Under the pieces are notes generated by a model that saw nothing but the letters and a program-made list of their open reading frames with translations, was not told the origin of the DNA and ran no database searches. From the NCBI GenBank assembly GCA_009914755.4, contig CP068257.2, positions 24,352,001 through 24,416,000 on the forward strand: DNA of 64,000 nt, given 5' to 3'. Shown one piece after another: positions 13,661 to 29,830 of this stretch. This stretch comes from the human T2T-CHM13v2.0 reference genome, Homo sapiens. Within the stretch, counting starts at the first letter, position 1. Each line of letters begins with the position of its first letter. A program made the position numbers and the translations under genes.

Positions 13661-15563
13661 ATAATACATATATCTGTCTGAGCTCAATGTAGTTCATAAC
13701 AACTTTATTTTTTTAGCCTAAGTTATTGCTGTAATTCTAAGTATTACTACGTGGTGACATTTCATGAGCCTAAGTTATTAAAATCAAACTTGTATTCTGT
13801 TGAAAAATAAGCAGACAATATTTGCATTTGATTCTACTGATGAAAAAATTTTAAAAGCCAACACAATAGAAAACTGGTTATTTTTTAAGAACGTGATTTT
13901 CCCAATTCTGGAACCATGTACTTTTAATAGAAAAGAACATTTTTCAAGTGCTTGTACGTAGTGGCAAGCAGTCGTCAAAAAACATGTTTAGAAAATTACT
14001 CTAATAAGGCAATAAATTATCAAATATTTATGACCTAGTAATCATATTTTACTAAATAGAAGCATGTAAAATTAGGCAAGCAAGCTTGAACTGAAGTCTT
14101 ATGACAAATCTCACTTAAGCTCCAAATATGGATTGAAATACAAACAAAGATGATGCAAACAGCTGTGCATGCTAATGAAAGCACTGCTTCAGTACAAGAG
14201 GATGGGTGCTAATTTGTCACGGAAGTAACTAGAAGATATCCGCAGTTGGCTAGCCTTTTTACTGAATTGCGTTAATTCTCTCAGGCTAGCCAATACATCT
14301 GTCATTCTAATTATACCTGACCCAATTCTCATCTCTCCATGATGAAAGATTGTTTATAAAATGCCACCTGAAGGAGATTTACTTGTAAAGTATTTAGACT
14401 AATCAGGACTCCCGTGACGGTGTTAGGGAACACTCACAAAAGGGTACCACTGTGGTTTTTCCTCAACCTTTGTTTCCTGTTTGTTATGGGAATAAACTTG
14501 CTCTTCACTGAGCTGCGTGGTTAGCGTGCAACAGGCTATTAACAAGAAGCTCAAAACTCGGGATATCATGTCCTGTATTGGAAAATAAGGGGAAGTGCTT
14601 TTTCTTACTGAATGAGAGACAGGAGTATGCTGGGAAACTGGCACTGTCTAGAAAAACAAACAAATAGAACACTCTTGAGTTACAGTGTATGCCAACTGCC
14701 ATGGTATAAATACTCCCACCATTGGTATTTCAAGCTACTAATGGCTATGGCTTACAAAATTCCTCTATACTGTAATAATTAGCTTTTACAGGCTAGCAGG
14801 AGTTGGCTACACTACCATGTTAATGACAGGAAATAGGGGCACAAGTGAACACATGTAGGGAGACTGTAAGAGTTTTTCGGTTTCCTTGGTCTTGAGGTGT
14901 GAATTTAAGGAAAGAAAAGCTCAGTAGGTAGATGTCTCAGGATTGCCTCATACTTGTTGGTATCTGTAATATACCAAGAACAATAACACCAAAGGTAAGA
15001 ATGGTTTTCCTTTTCAGTTTCTTACTTCCTGTCTCAATGCTGCAAATCTGCACCATATGGAAGGCAGGAGACGCTACTAGAGTCTACTACTCAAAATAGA
15101 TCCATGGACCAGCAGAGTCAACACCACCTGGGACTCAGGCCCCCCATACAGACTCAACAACGATTGTTTTCCAAGGGCCTTGGATAACTCGAATGGATAT
15201 CTCAGTTTGAGAAGCAGCATGATCAACCTTATCTTTTAAATGCAATAGATATGTCAAAACGTGAGACATAAGATTTAATCATTTTCCAAAAGAAGTAGTT
15301 AGGGAAGAATTAGTAAAAGTTGCATAGGTTTTGGCTTATTAAAAGAAGTACACATATATTTGGGAAAAGACAGATACAACAAAATTAGTAGTCTTAAGAT
15401 TCAAATATACAGCTCAACAACTTAATTTGAACAGATTGAACAGATTGTCTATACACATTTATTTTACTCTGAAGTTCTGTCCTATCTCAAGCAACATTAA
15501 AACAGCTTCGATACCTCTGCCTTAGATCCAGTACCAAGATCATAATTTTCTTACTCATATTAA

Positions 15564-16025
<462 letters not shown>

Positions 16026-16656
16026 AGAATGTACTTCCTTATACCACTTCTCTGTAAAGAAAGAATTAGATGATATTTCTGTTCCGGTTTAAAAAAAAAA
16101 AAAGAAAAAAAGAATGCCTCTAGATGTAGGTCATGGGTTGGAAGGATGGTCCTACTGTTTCATGTCCTTTTCTGGGGAAGACTGAGCATGTACACCTCTC
16201 CATGTTAACTGGCTTCTTGTCACAATCTCTAGCAGGCAAAGAACCTACAGATTCCAGCTGGGAACAGCAGTGTCTCTGGTTACAGCACAGATGCTAATCA
16301 CCATTTGCTATTTTATAACAGTGGACAAGGGGAGAGTGAATTCCTTTTGAACAAAAAAAAAAAAAAACAAAACAAAACTAGGAAAGCAGTTTACCTCCAT
16401 ATCTCACTGTCTACATGGCAAATATGCATACGCAATGTTTCAAGTCAACATTTTATGTTGTTTTCTGTTTCTAAATAAAGCTACTAGACTACATTACACA
16501 TTTTATCAAATACTTGCTTTTACCTTACTAAATGTGTATTTATCATATTTGCTTTGGCATATTTTTGTTTATTTTACTTTTTCTTATACAATAAAAAATG
16601 TTCACTGGTTATCTACAATGTGCATAGCAGTGATACAGAAGTTAGAGCTTACATTA

Positions 16657-17794
<1,138 letters not shown>

Positions 17795-18157
17795 TGATGC
17801 ATTTTAGTAACTTTGCCCACCAAGACTACTGGGCAGCAGTCACCAGCACTTCAGAAATCCTGGGTAACAAATGCTAGTAAATTTCCAGAACAGATGCAAT
17901 CATAAGAATTGGCAAGCAAGACTTTTCTTTGCTCCTATCATGAAACATCAAGAACCTAAAGTCACGTGCAAGCAACATAAAATTGCCATCCATATTCTGT
18001 GATACTTGCATATTCTGTCTAGAAATTATACCCAATAAGAACATATATAAATTTAAGAAAGAGGCAACCCTACTCTCATAGTTAAAACACCTGAACAGTC
18101 TTACCATTATTATCAACTAAATATAGCGTAACCTTTAACATTTCCTCTGCCTTAATC

Positions 18158-18446
18158 TTTTTTTTTTTTGGACAGGGTCTCACTGTCACCAAGGCTGGAG
18201 TGTGGTGGTGTGATCACGGCTCACTGCAGGCTTGACCTCCTCACCTGGGCTCCAGCGACCCTCCCACCTCAGCCTCCTGAGTAGCTGGGACTATAAGCCT
18301 GTGACACTACAGCCAAAACAACAATTTTTTTTTTTGGTCTCCCTATGGGGCCCAGGCTGCTTGCAAACTCCTGGGCTCAGGCGATCATCCTGCCTCAGCT
18401 TCCCAAAGTGCTGGGATAACAGGTGTGAGATACCATGCCTGGCCTG
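18158..18446 (-). mobile_element. Alu (older, J-like, diverged).
   Basis: A poly-T head, then ggacagggtctcactgtcaccaaggctggagtgtggtggtgtgatcacggctcactgcagg ... gtgtgagataccatgcctggcc. Confidence 0.85.
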
Positions 18447-18825
18447 TAAACACTTTTTTTTTTTTAACACTGTAAAAGTCTCAATGTTTACAATTTGGGC
18501 TGCTGTCTTGAAAATTAAGGGATTCTCTTGAGCATCATTTTTATATGAGATTCATTCATTCTTGCCTCCCCTTGACTTTTTACTCTTCTACTAACAGAAT
18601 CACAAAAAGTCAGGCATATTGGAAGAGGTGGTTGGAAACCAAAGATGAATTTTCAGGAGGGCAAAATGGTTAAAGGCTGAGAGAAGCAGCTGGTTAGGCT
18701 GTAAGCCACTCTGCTTTTGGAAACTCATTGTTCTGCAAGGGAACTAAAGATCTCCATTCAAATCCACAGCTTTGTAACCTGCTCAAGGAATCTGACTGTA
18801 CTTAATCAGACCTATGGCTTGGCTA

Positions 18826-19588
<763 letters not shown>

Positions 19589-19789
19589 TTATTGTGCCTG
19601 AGGCATCTGCACACTTTTTTTTTTTTTAAAGCAACTGATTTGGGGAAAATATGAGAAAGACTAATATTCTTTAAAAATCTAGTTTCTGGCCTTTAATTAA
19701 ATTGGACTAAAATTTTATTTTTAATAAATCTAGATATAATTGTATTAAAATGCCTTTCACTGATTACTTCTGCTATTCTATTTTTTTTT

Positions 19790-19840
19790 AATTGGTAAAG
19801 CCAGGTTCTCACTATGTTGCCCAGGCTGGTGTCAAATGTG
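19790..19840 (-). mobile_element. Short Alu fragment (antisense left end).
   Basis: tttttttttaattggtaaagccaggttctcactatgttgcccaggctggtgtcaaa. Confidence 0.5.
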
Positions 19841-22133
19841 TATCTTTGTGAATATACTAAACCACTGAATTCTCTCTCACACACACTTCTATATGGCTCT
19901 ATTCCCTAGTCTCATCACATTTTAAGCAACCTAATTATCTGAGTGGGCTTTCTAGATTGAGACCATTAAACTACACGGAAAGATGCTTGTCCATGTCCTG
20001 CTTCACTCTGCCTCTATCAAAGTGTGTATCAAACACCTCGGAATCAATGGCTGCCATGACATGGGGCACAAAATAACAGGCTGTTACCTGTCACATCTAT
20101 GGTCAGTGCTGACACTAGTTCTCTTGACATCATTAGCAAGCATGCTACAACCCGGGCGAAGAGTAGAAGTGCATCCTCTCCATCTTCAAAACACAAAGGT
20201 AAAGGCCTGAGGCTTGCTCTATAAGGAGGAGCCATTACCCTTTTGCCCTGTTCCCAAATACTCCCTGGAGCTTTAGTTTCATTTTTGTACAGCATGCTAC
20301 TACTGAGGCCTCCAACTGAAGTATGTGAGTTCATGTTCGGGTTCACAGCAAGTTAAGTTCACAGTTTACCCCAAGCTTTGTGGAGAGTTAAATATTAATC
20401 ATAAGTAAAAATCCCGTTAGTGAATTATAGGATACCTTGTAAGTGTCATGTCCATTACAAACAAGTAACAACAGAGGCATGAGAATTAAGCTAAGCTTTG
20501 TTTCTTCTCCCCTTGAGATCAATACAAGCTACTCTGATTTACTTCAAGTATGTATTGCATTCATTCTATTTGGTGCTCTATCACCCAGTAAATCCCTATT
20601 CTTCCTTTATAATTACTGATACGCCAACTTCTCTGCAACATAGTAGGTGAAAACTTTTGTTCCGGGCTGAGCACTTTCTCTTCTCCATGCTGCCAAAATT
20701 CCTTCCTAGGCAGGCCTGAGAGACTCATCCCTCTCAAGGACAATGCAGATATGGCTAGAAGCAACCTGAGCAAGCCACTTTGTTCCTATCTCTGTGCCCC
20801 CAGCAACCAATGCCATGTCTGGTACCTACAAGTGCCTTGTGGATATTGGTGAAATGTATAGCAATAAATCAAATGGTACTTCTCCCAGATTAATTGTCAC
20901 CAGAAGAAGAAAAATAATTTAATTCTGCCAAGGTCAATCACTTAGCCCAATATAAGCAATATTCGGATCAAACCTTTTAGCTTTTATCATCACATGAGAC
21001 GGTGAAAGAGCCATCTGTATCAGTGTCTCTATCTGTTCACTTAACAGAAGAACTCCCACAAGGCTTAAAATACCTGCAAGAAATAAAACTCTATCTTGAA
21101 ATGCAGTGGCATCTAATACTATCTTATCCAATTTTCAGCTGGATTTAAAATTTAAGTGCAGATATTTCAATATACAGTGTATATTCACACAAAAAAAATT
21201 TAAGCAAGAAATGTTTCTTTTAATCATAACATAATGTTCTCTCTAAATATCAGCTTTATTATACCAATAGATATGGATAGGTTACATTTATGCCTTTTAT
21301 AATTAAAAGTCAACTTATTGGTTTACCTTTAACATTCCTCATTAGTAGTAAACATTAGTTTGCTAATGTTTCAAATGCAATGGAGGATTGGAATGATGAT
21401 TATAACCATAACTAAGAGAGCAACTAAGGTTAATTGAGCAGTTACTGTATACCAGGAATTATGCAAAGTGTTTCCTATAAATTAATTAATTTAATCCTCA
21501 CAAAATAGTTAAATATTGGATAGGTCTTATTAATCCCTATTTTACAAAAAGAAGCAATGAGGATTCAAGGTTATTTGATTTATACAAATTTACACAGTTA
21601 GTAGCTTGTAAGGCAAAGATTTGAATCTGGACAGCTTGAGTTTGTAAATTGAACACTTACTGGGCATGATGGTAAGCGTTTAACATAAGTTACCTAAAGT
21701 CATTCTTACAAGAAACATGCAAGATAACATTACCATCTACACTACACACATAAAAAACAGGTTACTTAACTGGCCCAAGGTCATAAAAATTCTCTCAAAC
21801 ACTATACTAGTCTATCTCTAACCAAAAAAAAACAAACCCTACCTCAAAAGAAATCAACTTGATATGGCAGTATGTGAAATAGAAAGAACTTCACAGTCAC
21901 CGTCTTATAGTGAGAATCAGGGGTTAGCAAATGTTTACTGAAAAGGCCAGATAGTAAATGTTTTCAGTTTTGCAGGCAACACAATCTCTTTTGCGATCCT
22001 CAACTCTACTTCCAAAACATGAAAACATCCATAGACAATTTTTAAACAAATGGGATGGGCTGTGTCCTAATAAAACTTTTGTGTAGAAAACAGGAAAACA
22101 GGCTATTTTTGGCCCCAATTTGCTGACCCTTGA

Positions 22134-22466
<333 letters not shown>

Positions 22467-22695
22467 TGATCACTTCAAGTAAAAATTCTAAAAATTCAGA
22501 AATGCACAGTGTAAAATAATAGATGAATATATGCCTATATCAAAGGTATATGCATTTACAAGGGAACACAGGTTGAAATGAATTTGTGTGTATTTATAAA
22601 GAAAATAAAAAGTGTAATTTTGACATGAGTGTAGCAGAAATATCCTGGCCTATCTAGGTCCAAATTCTGATTTCATCACTTAACCAGTTATGTGA

Positions 22696-23013
<318 letters not shown>

Positions 23014-23028
23014 TAAAAAAATTTTTTT

Positions 23029-23432
<404 letters not shown>

Positions 23433-23449
23433 TTAAAGCACAAGAGGCC

Positions 23450-23552
23450 TGTTTTCCCGGCTACTTGGGAGGCTGAGGTTTGAACTCAGGAGTTTGAATC
23501 CAGCCTAGGAAACATAGCAAAATCCCGTGTCAAAAAAAAAAAAAAAAAAAAA
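23450..23552 (+). mobile_element. Alu-derived fragment (monomer-like) with a poly-A tail.
   Basis: cccggctacttgggaggctgaggtttgaactcaggagtttgaatccagcctaggaaacatagcaaaatcccgtgtc plus a(20). Confidence 0.55.
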
Positions 23553-24065
23553 TTAAATTACATTAAAGGGCAAGAGTGGTGACCGTGAAAATCTATATCT
23601 GCAACAAAGGCTTCAAAAATCTGCCAGTCTCCCAGGAGGTAAAATGCTGTCTGCTCTGCCCCAACGATGCCTTCCACAGTAGCAAAGAGCCTAGCCATCA
23701 GCAGGGGTACAACGAATAGTTGCTGAATAAATGAACATAAGGAAGAAATGTCCAGTTCCTCTGGACAGGCACAATTGGCTAGATTAAATAAAAGATTATG
23801 CCATTTATTACAATACCCATTTCAATCAGAATTTAGAATTTATGGCTCAATCAAAACTACCCTGATATCTCTGGTTTCTGAAGTACAATCCCTTCTTGAA
23901 GAACAGAAAATTAGGAGCAAGTATCTAAATACACCACTGTTGTACTCAAATCGGTAATGGCTTATTCCACTAGACCAATAACCAATAATATCCAAGTATT
24001 TTTTTAACAACCAAAGACGACAATAAGCCCCCAAAACCAGATAGATCTTGCAATCGTGTGCTCAC

Positions 24066-24125
24066 TTTTATTTTTATTTTTTTGAGACAGGGTCCCACTC
24101 TGTTGCCCAGGCTGGAGTGCAGCGG
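24066..24125 (-). mobile_element. Short Alu 3'-terminal fragment (antisense).
   Basis: tttttatttttttgagacagggtcccactctgttgcccaggctggagtgcagcgg. Confidence 0.6.
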
Positions 24126-27100
24126 ATGTGCTTACTTTTAAACAATAATTTTATTCTACTGGAATCAGTGACAGAGAACAGACATCTTCTCATTTGGGTA
24201 TCATCGATTCTAACACAATATGGCAGAGAAGATTATGACTACGCTAAAAGTGTCTTATTTTTCTTCCCTCCATTTCTTTCCGGTTTTAACGGGTTATGAA
24301 ATTATTGAGTTTTTTATGAAGCACATTAAGGACTGGTATCAGTAGCAATATGTTGGTAATGATGACAATTTTCTTAGAAAGGATGGCTGTAAATCACATT
24401 TTGTTCCAGGTACTGAAACACTAACACTGAAAACAAGATTGTAAGCCTCCCTGCAGTATCTCATCTTTGCAAGTCACTTCTAATTTTTATGTTGAACACA
24501 GAAGCAACCTACTTGTAATTAGAGTTTTACAAAATGAGTAATCACCTATGGCGTTGCCATTGCTCTCAATTAGGGAAGAACCACAAGTCACCTTTTGTAA
24601 CAGTGAGGAGGAGGAAAAGGACTCTTTGCAGCTGACCCCTTTAACGTTACCCTCTAAAACATCTACTTCTTTACTGGAATTAGCTACAAGCACAAAAAAA
24701 TTATCTCGCATGGGCACAACTGACCATAACATGTTTCTGTTAGGCCCCCTTTCCCAGGAAGACTTGCCTCAATTAGAGCTTTTGTTCAGGAGTTTGAGGT
24801 GGAATGAATGGACCTGCATTAAAGATTCCTCTATTTCTGGGGCATTAACAGTTGCTATCTCTCAATGACCAGGTATCTTGCTTTCAGAAGGTTGCTTTTG
24901 TTGCTCTTCTTGCCAACAAAATTATTAACTTGTTATTTTTTAAGGTTCATTTCTTTTTTGCCTTTAGCCTGGAGTGTTTTGTTTATGAAATTCTTTTAAC
25001 TGCCTTCGTCTTTCTACAGGAAATAAAACAATACAACATCTCTGTGTTCCGTCTTAATATCAAATAATGCTACCTGCAAAACTCAAGCAAAAAGAACTGG
25101 ACTAATGCAGACGATAATGAGACCAATTTATCTCAAGCAAATTGTCTTGTTCTAGAATATGGGCCTAAGTTTATGTGGCATCCTCTCATTGTACTGCATA
25201 ACTGATGTCACTCCTTGTTCACCTGTTACCTCAACAGTACTAGCATCAAAACAAAATCTCTTTATTGTCTCCTGGAAAAATCTGCAGCGCACAGTAGCTT
25301 CTGAATTAATATTTGTTAATTAATCACCTGCAGTTAATGCCCATCTTTGCCAGCCTGGCATTGAAGGTCTCTATATTTTGGTCCCAACCTAAAAGACATC
25401 TGCTCTAGCTTAAATTGGACCAATCCTGTCTCCTAAATATGCCTTTCCATGGCACCACATTTGTTTTGCTAGTCCTGATGACTCTACAGCAAAATCCACT
25501 GGTAGACACACCACCCACCCACACTTTTGGCTCTAGTTCAAATGTCATGCTCTCCATGGAACCTTCTCTGATCAATCCAGAAGTTCCCTCTTACTCTCGG
25601 AGGCAGGTTCTGTGTTCACATTTCTTACAACACAGATGGCTTTGTACTTCTTTGACTTCTATTTCCTAAGAGATTTTAACATCCACTAGGGTTAGCTGGT
25701 CTGTGTGTGCTCATCATCCATTCCACATGGCCTAGCAAAATGGCTTGTACCAAGCAGGTGCTCAAAATCTAATGTTCAGTAAATGGACACTAACTGTTCT
25801 ATAAACAGCCAGCTTGATGGAGATCACAAGGACTTCAGTCCCACTGCAGGCTGCTAGCTGCTGTAATTTGTATTCACACTTCATTTAGGTTTCGAGAAGA
25901 GAAGCCCTGAAAAGCTGTCCTTCCCTGCTACAGGCATCAGGCTAACAAGTTCATTTGACCAGATCTGCCATAGTTGGTCCTAACAGGTGTATGAAAAACA
26001 CCCTGAGAAAGGATGTTTGAGTATTTGAAAAATGGTGGTTTAAACAAAATGCGCATTTACTAGCACATTTACTTATGTGCTAAAGTGAGTAAGAAACTGT
26101 CATTAAGTAGGGAATGATAAACTTAATCCATCTTGCACTCTGTTCTTTTTTTTCAAAGAACATGTAAAACTTTCAATAAATTTTAAGCTAACGCTGAGTG
26201 TTTAATTCAGAATAATCTCAATTTTAAAAGCTCAAGTTAAAGAAATGTAGAACCTCAAAAATACTGTGTTAAGTGAAAGAAGTCGGACACAAAAGACCAT
26301 GTATTATATGATCCCACTTACAATAACAGTCCAAAAAAGGGCAAATCTATAGAGACAGAAAGTAGATTAGTTGTTGCTTGGGGCTAGAGGTGAGTAGAGG
26401 GCTTAACTGGGAGTGAGTATGTGTGATCTTACTGGAGTGACGAAAATGTTCTAAGATTAGATTATGGTGATAGTTGCACAGCTTGGCAAATTTCTTAAAG
26501 CCGCTGAATTGTATACTTAAAAGCAAATGAAACTTATATGTAAATTACACCTTAATAAGGTAAAAAATGCAACAAAGGGAAGAAAATACTATAGTGACAA
26601 CTATGAATATAGTTGAGGGAGACAAAATAGCCCATGTTAAGCTCTAATAGAACAATAAATCTGAAATCATTAAACTTTAGCAAAAAGTGAGAGAAAGCCA
26701 CTTTTTGTAAATGCTGTAACATTTGTGGTTGACCTTTATAAGTATTTGCAGTACATTAAAATTCAGTAAGTACATATTCATTCAATCTAGCTCTAGAAGC
26801 ATCTTTTACTATCTGCCAAGCAGATGGCAGATATGAAATGCAGAACTCTTTAAGGAACAAATGCATACTCTTTAAGGAACTCAATCCAACAGTTTACTCG
26901 TTTCTGTAACATTTGGTCATTTAATATCAACTGAATGTTTGTTTTTATTTCATGGAGACAAGTATGACCTTTAGTTCTTTTAGTTCACAATATTTGCAAC
27001 ACAAACATTAATTCAATAGAGAAAGTCTAAGACATTAATACTATATTTACTTCTTGAAGAAAGCACTGCCGTACTTCCCAATAAAACAATGTAAACTCAA

Positions 27101-27133
27101 CATAAATCACCTCTGTTAAAATTCATAGCATAA

Positions 27134-27503
<370 letters not shown>

Positions 27504-27899
27504 TAAGATTTATCGAAACTACAAGCCAGGCACTCTGTGCAATACTGAATAAAATCAAGTCCTTACCCTCAAGGAGCTCATCGTCTAGGTGGTAACAGAC
27601 AATATTATATAACAAACACTCACTGCCAAAGGAATACCAAGGAGTCACCTAACTCAGTGTTTGTCAAATTAGATGACTACCTGGTTGGGCGGAGTCTTGT
27701 AGAATTAACTTGGGATTTGCCAAGCAGCATATACAAGGTACAAAACAAACTGTATAATAAAGATTTCACATTATTTGAAATTGTTTGCTTGTTAAACCAA
27801 AAAAATTTCACAAGCATAAGAAGCCTTTTGGAAAAAAAAACATGTTTTTGATTGGGGAAGGCAGTGGTGCTAGGGTGGATATTTCCAACTCTGGTATTA

Positions 27900-28187
<288 letters not shown>

Positions 28188-28427
28188 TTAAACACATTTC
28201 AGGGAAGGAAAAGAAAAGTCGTCCATATGGAATTTTGGCAATTTGAGAAGAAACACACCCAAAACTTCAATTCAGCAGGTCTAAGTATAAATCCCAGCTC
28301 AGTGGGTCTGCAAAAATTTTTATCCTTGGGGACAGTTCTTAGTTTCTGCAGTTGCTAAAAGGGGATGCCATGAGTCTAACCACAGGACATTCTGGAAAAG
28401 GGAAAATTACGGAGACAATAAAAAGAT

Positions 28428-28925
28428 CAGCGGTTGCCAGTGGTTCAGGGGGAGTGGGGAAGGGATGAATAGGTGGAGTAGAGAGGATTTTTAGAAACTA
28501 CTCTGCACGATACTGTCATAAGTAATAATAGATACACAGCATTAAGCATTTGTCAAAACCAAGAGACTATACTACACAAAAAGTCGCCTCTCATGTTAAA
28601 ACAGGAATACTGGTTAATAATAGTGTATCGATATTGGTTCAAACGTACCATACTAAGGCAAAATGTTAATCCAGGGGAAACTGTTGGGGAGTGGGGAAGT
28701 GAGAGGTAGAGGGAACTTTTTGTAGTTTCTGCTTGAATTCTTTGTAAACCTAAAACTGCTCTGAAAAATGTAGTCCATTATAAAAAGTGGGGTGGTGGAT
28801 ATCAAAACTGAGTTTGCCGTATTATGGGAATTACTTCTCATAGTGCACATACAAGAGCCGCAACGCATTGCACGGTAGCGGATACTCAGTATATGCTGGT
28901 GGAAATTGGTTTAAAAACTGCAACT
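28428..28925 (+). mobile_element. Ancient L1 (L1M-type) 3'-end fragment.
   Basis: aaagatcagcggttgccagtggttcagggggagtggggaagggatgaataggtggagtagagaggattttt...gaattctttgtaaacctaaaactgctctgaaaaatgtagtcc. The characteristic L1M 3'-terminal motif gtgaacctaaaactgctct is present. Confidence 0.7.
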
Positions 28926-28940
28926 GAGAGCTTAAACTGG

Positions 28941-29229
28941 ACACACAGGTGGAAGATGAAGCTGACTTAAGTAAACCTGCAATGCCCTGTGGTCAGGGAT
29001 GCCTGCTGGAACTCACACAGGTGGAAGATGAAACTGACTTAAGTAAACCTGCAATGCCCTGTGGTCAGGGATGCCTGCTGGAACTCACACAGGTGGAAGA
29101 TGAAACTGACTTAAGTAAACCTGCAATGCCCTGTGGTCAGGGATGCCTGCTGGAACTCACACAGGTGGAAGATGAAACTGACTTAAGTAAATCTGCAATG
29201 CCCTGTGGTCAGGGATGCCTGCTGGAACT
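28941..29229. repeat. Minisatellite: a 72-bp unit x 4.0 copies, near-identical.
   Basis: The unit ggtggaagatgaa(g/a)ctgacttaagtaaa(c/t)ctgcaatgccctgtggtcagggatgcctgctggaactcacaca starts at 28948, 29020, 29092 and 29164, a period of exactly 72. It produces the repeated 24-aa ORF 28949..29257 in the track. Confidence 0.9.
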
Positions 29230-29364
29230 ATTTAGTTGCGTACCCTATGGTTACTAACTGCTTATGTTTTGTAGAAAACCAAATATTTCAGTGGTTCTCA
29301 AATTTCAGTGAGCATCAGAATCACCTGGAAGGCTTATTGAAACACAGATCACCTACCTGCTAAA

Positions 29365-29830
29365 TGTGGTGGCTCATGCCTGTAATCCCAGCACTGTGGA
29401 AGGCTGAGGTGGGAAAAAACCTAGAGGCCAGGAGTTTGAGACCAGCCTGGGCCACACGGTGAGACCCTGTCTCCAAAAAAATTAAAAAAAAAAAAAAAAA
29501 AAAGCCAGGCATGGTGGTGTGCACCTGTAGTTCCAGCTACTCAGAAGGCTGGGGCGGGAGGATTGCTTGAGCCCAGGAGTTCGAGGCTGCTGTGAGCTAT
29601 GACTGCATCACTGCATTCCAGCTAGGGAGACAAAGACACTGCCTCCTTAAAAACAAACAAAAACCAGCCAGGCATGGTGGTGTGCACCTGTAGTTCCAGC
29701 TACTCAGAAGGCTGGGGCGGGAGGATTGCTTGAGCCCAGGAGTTCGAGGCTGCTGTGAGCTATGACTGCATCACTGCATTCCAGCCAGGGAGACAAAGAC
29801 ACTGTCTCCTTAAAAACAAACAAAAACCAA
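29365..29830 (+). mobile_element. AluJ-like element whose right arm plus tail (about 163 bp) is tandemly duplicated with about 98% identity.
   Basis: Left arm 29365-29500. The block ccaggcatggtggtgtgcacctgtagttccagctactcagaaggctggggcgggaggattgcttgagcccaggagttcgaggctgctgtgagctatgactgcatcactgcattccagc(t/c)agggagacaaagacactg(c/t)ctccttaaaaacaaacaaaaacca occurs at about 29503-29665 and again at 29666-29828. TSD (A)ACACAGATCACC at 29337-29349 and 29829-29841. Confidence 0.85.

Noticed and set aside
28949-29257. The 102-aa ORF with a repeated 24-aa peptide (LSKPAMPCGQGCLLELTQVEDETD x4).
   Set aside because: It is generated purely by a 72-bp (3n) tandem DNA repeat in intron 5. There are no splice sites, no start context, and no resemblance to a known protein family. 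It is called a minisatellite, not CDS.
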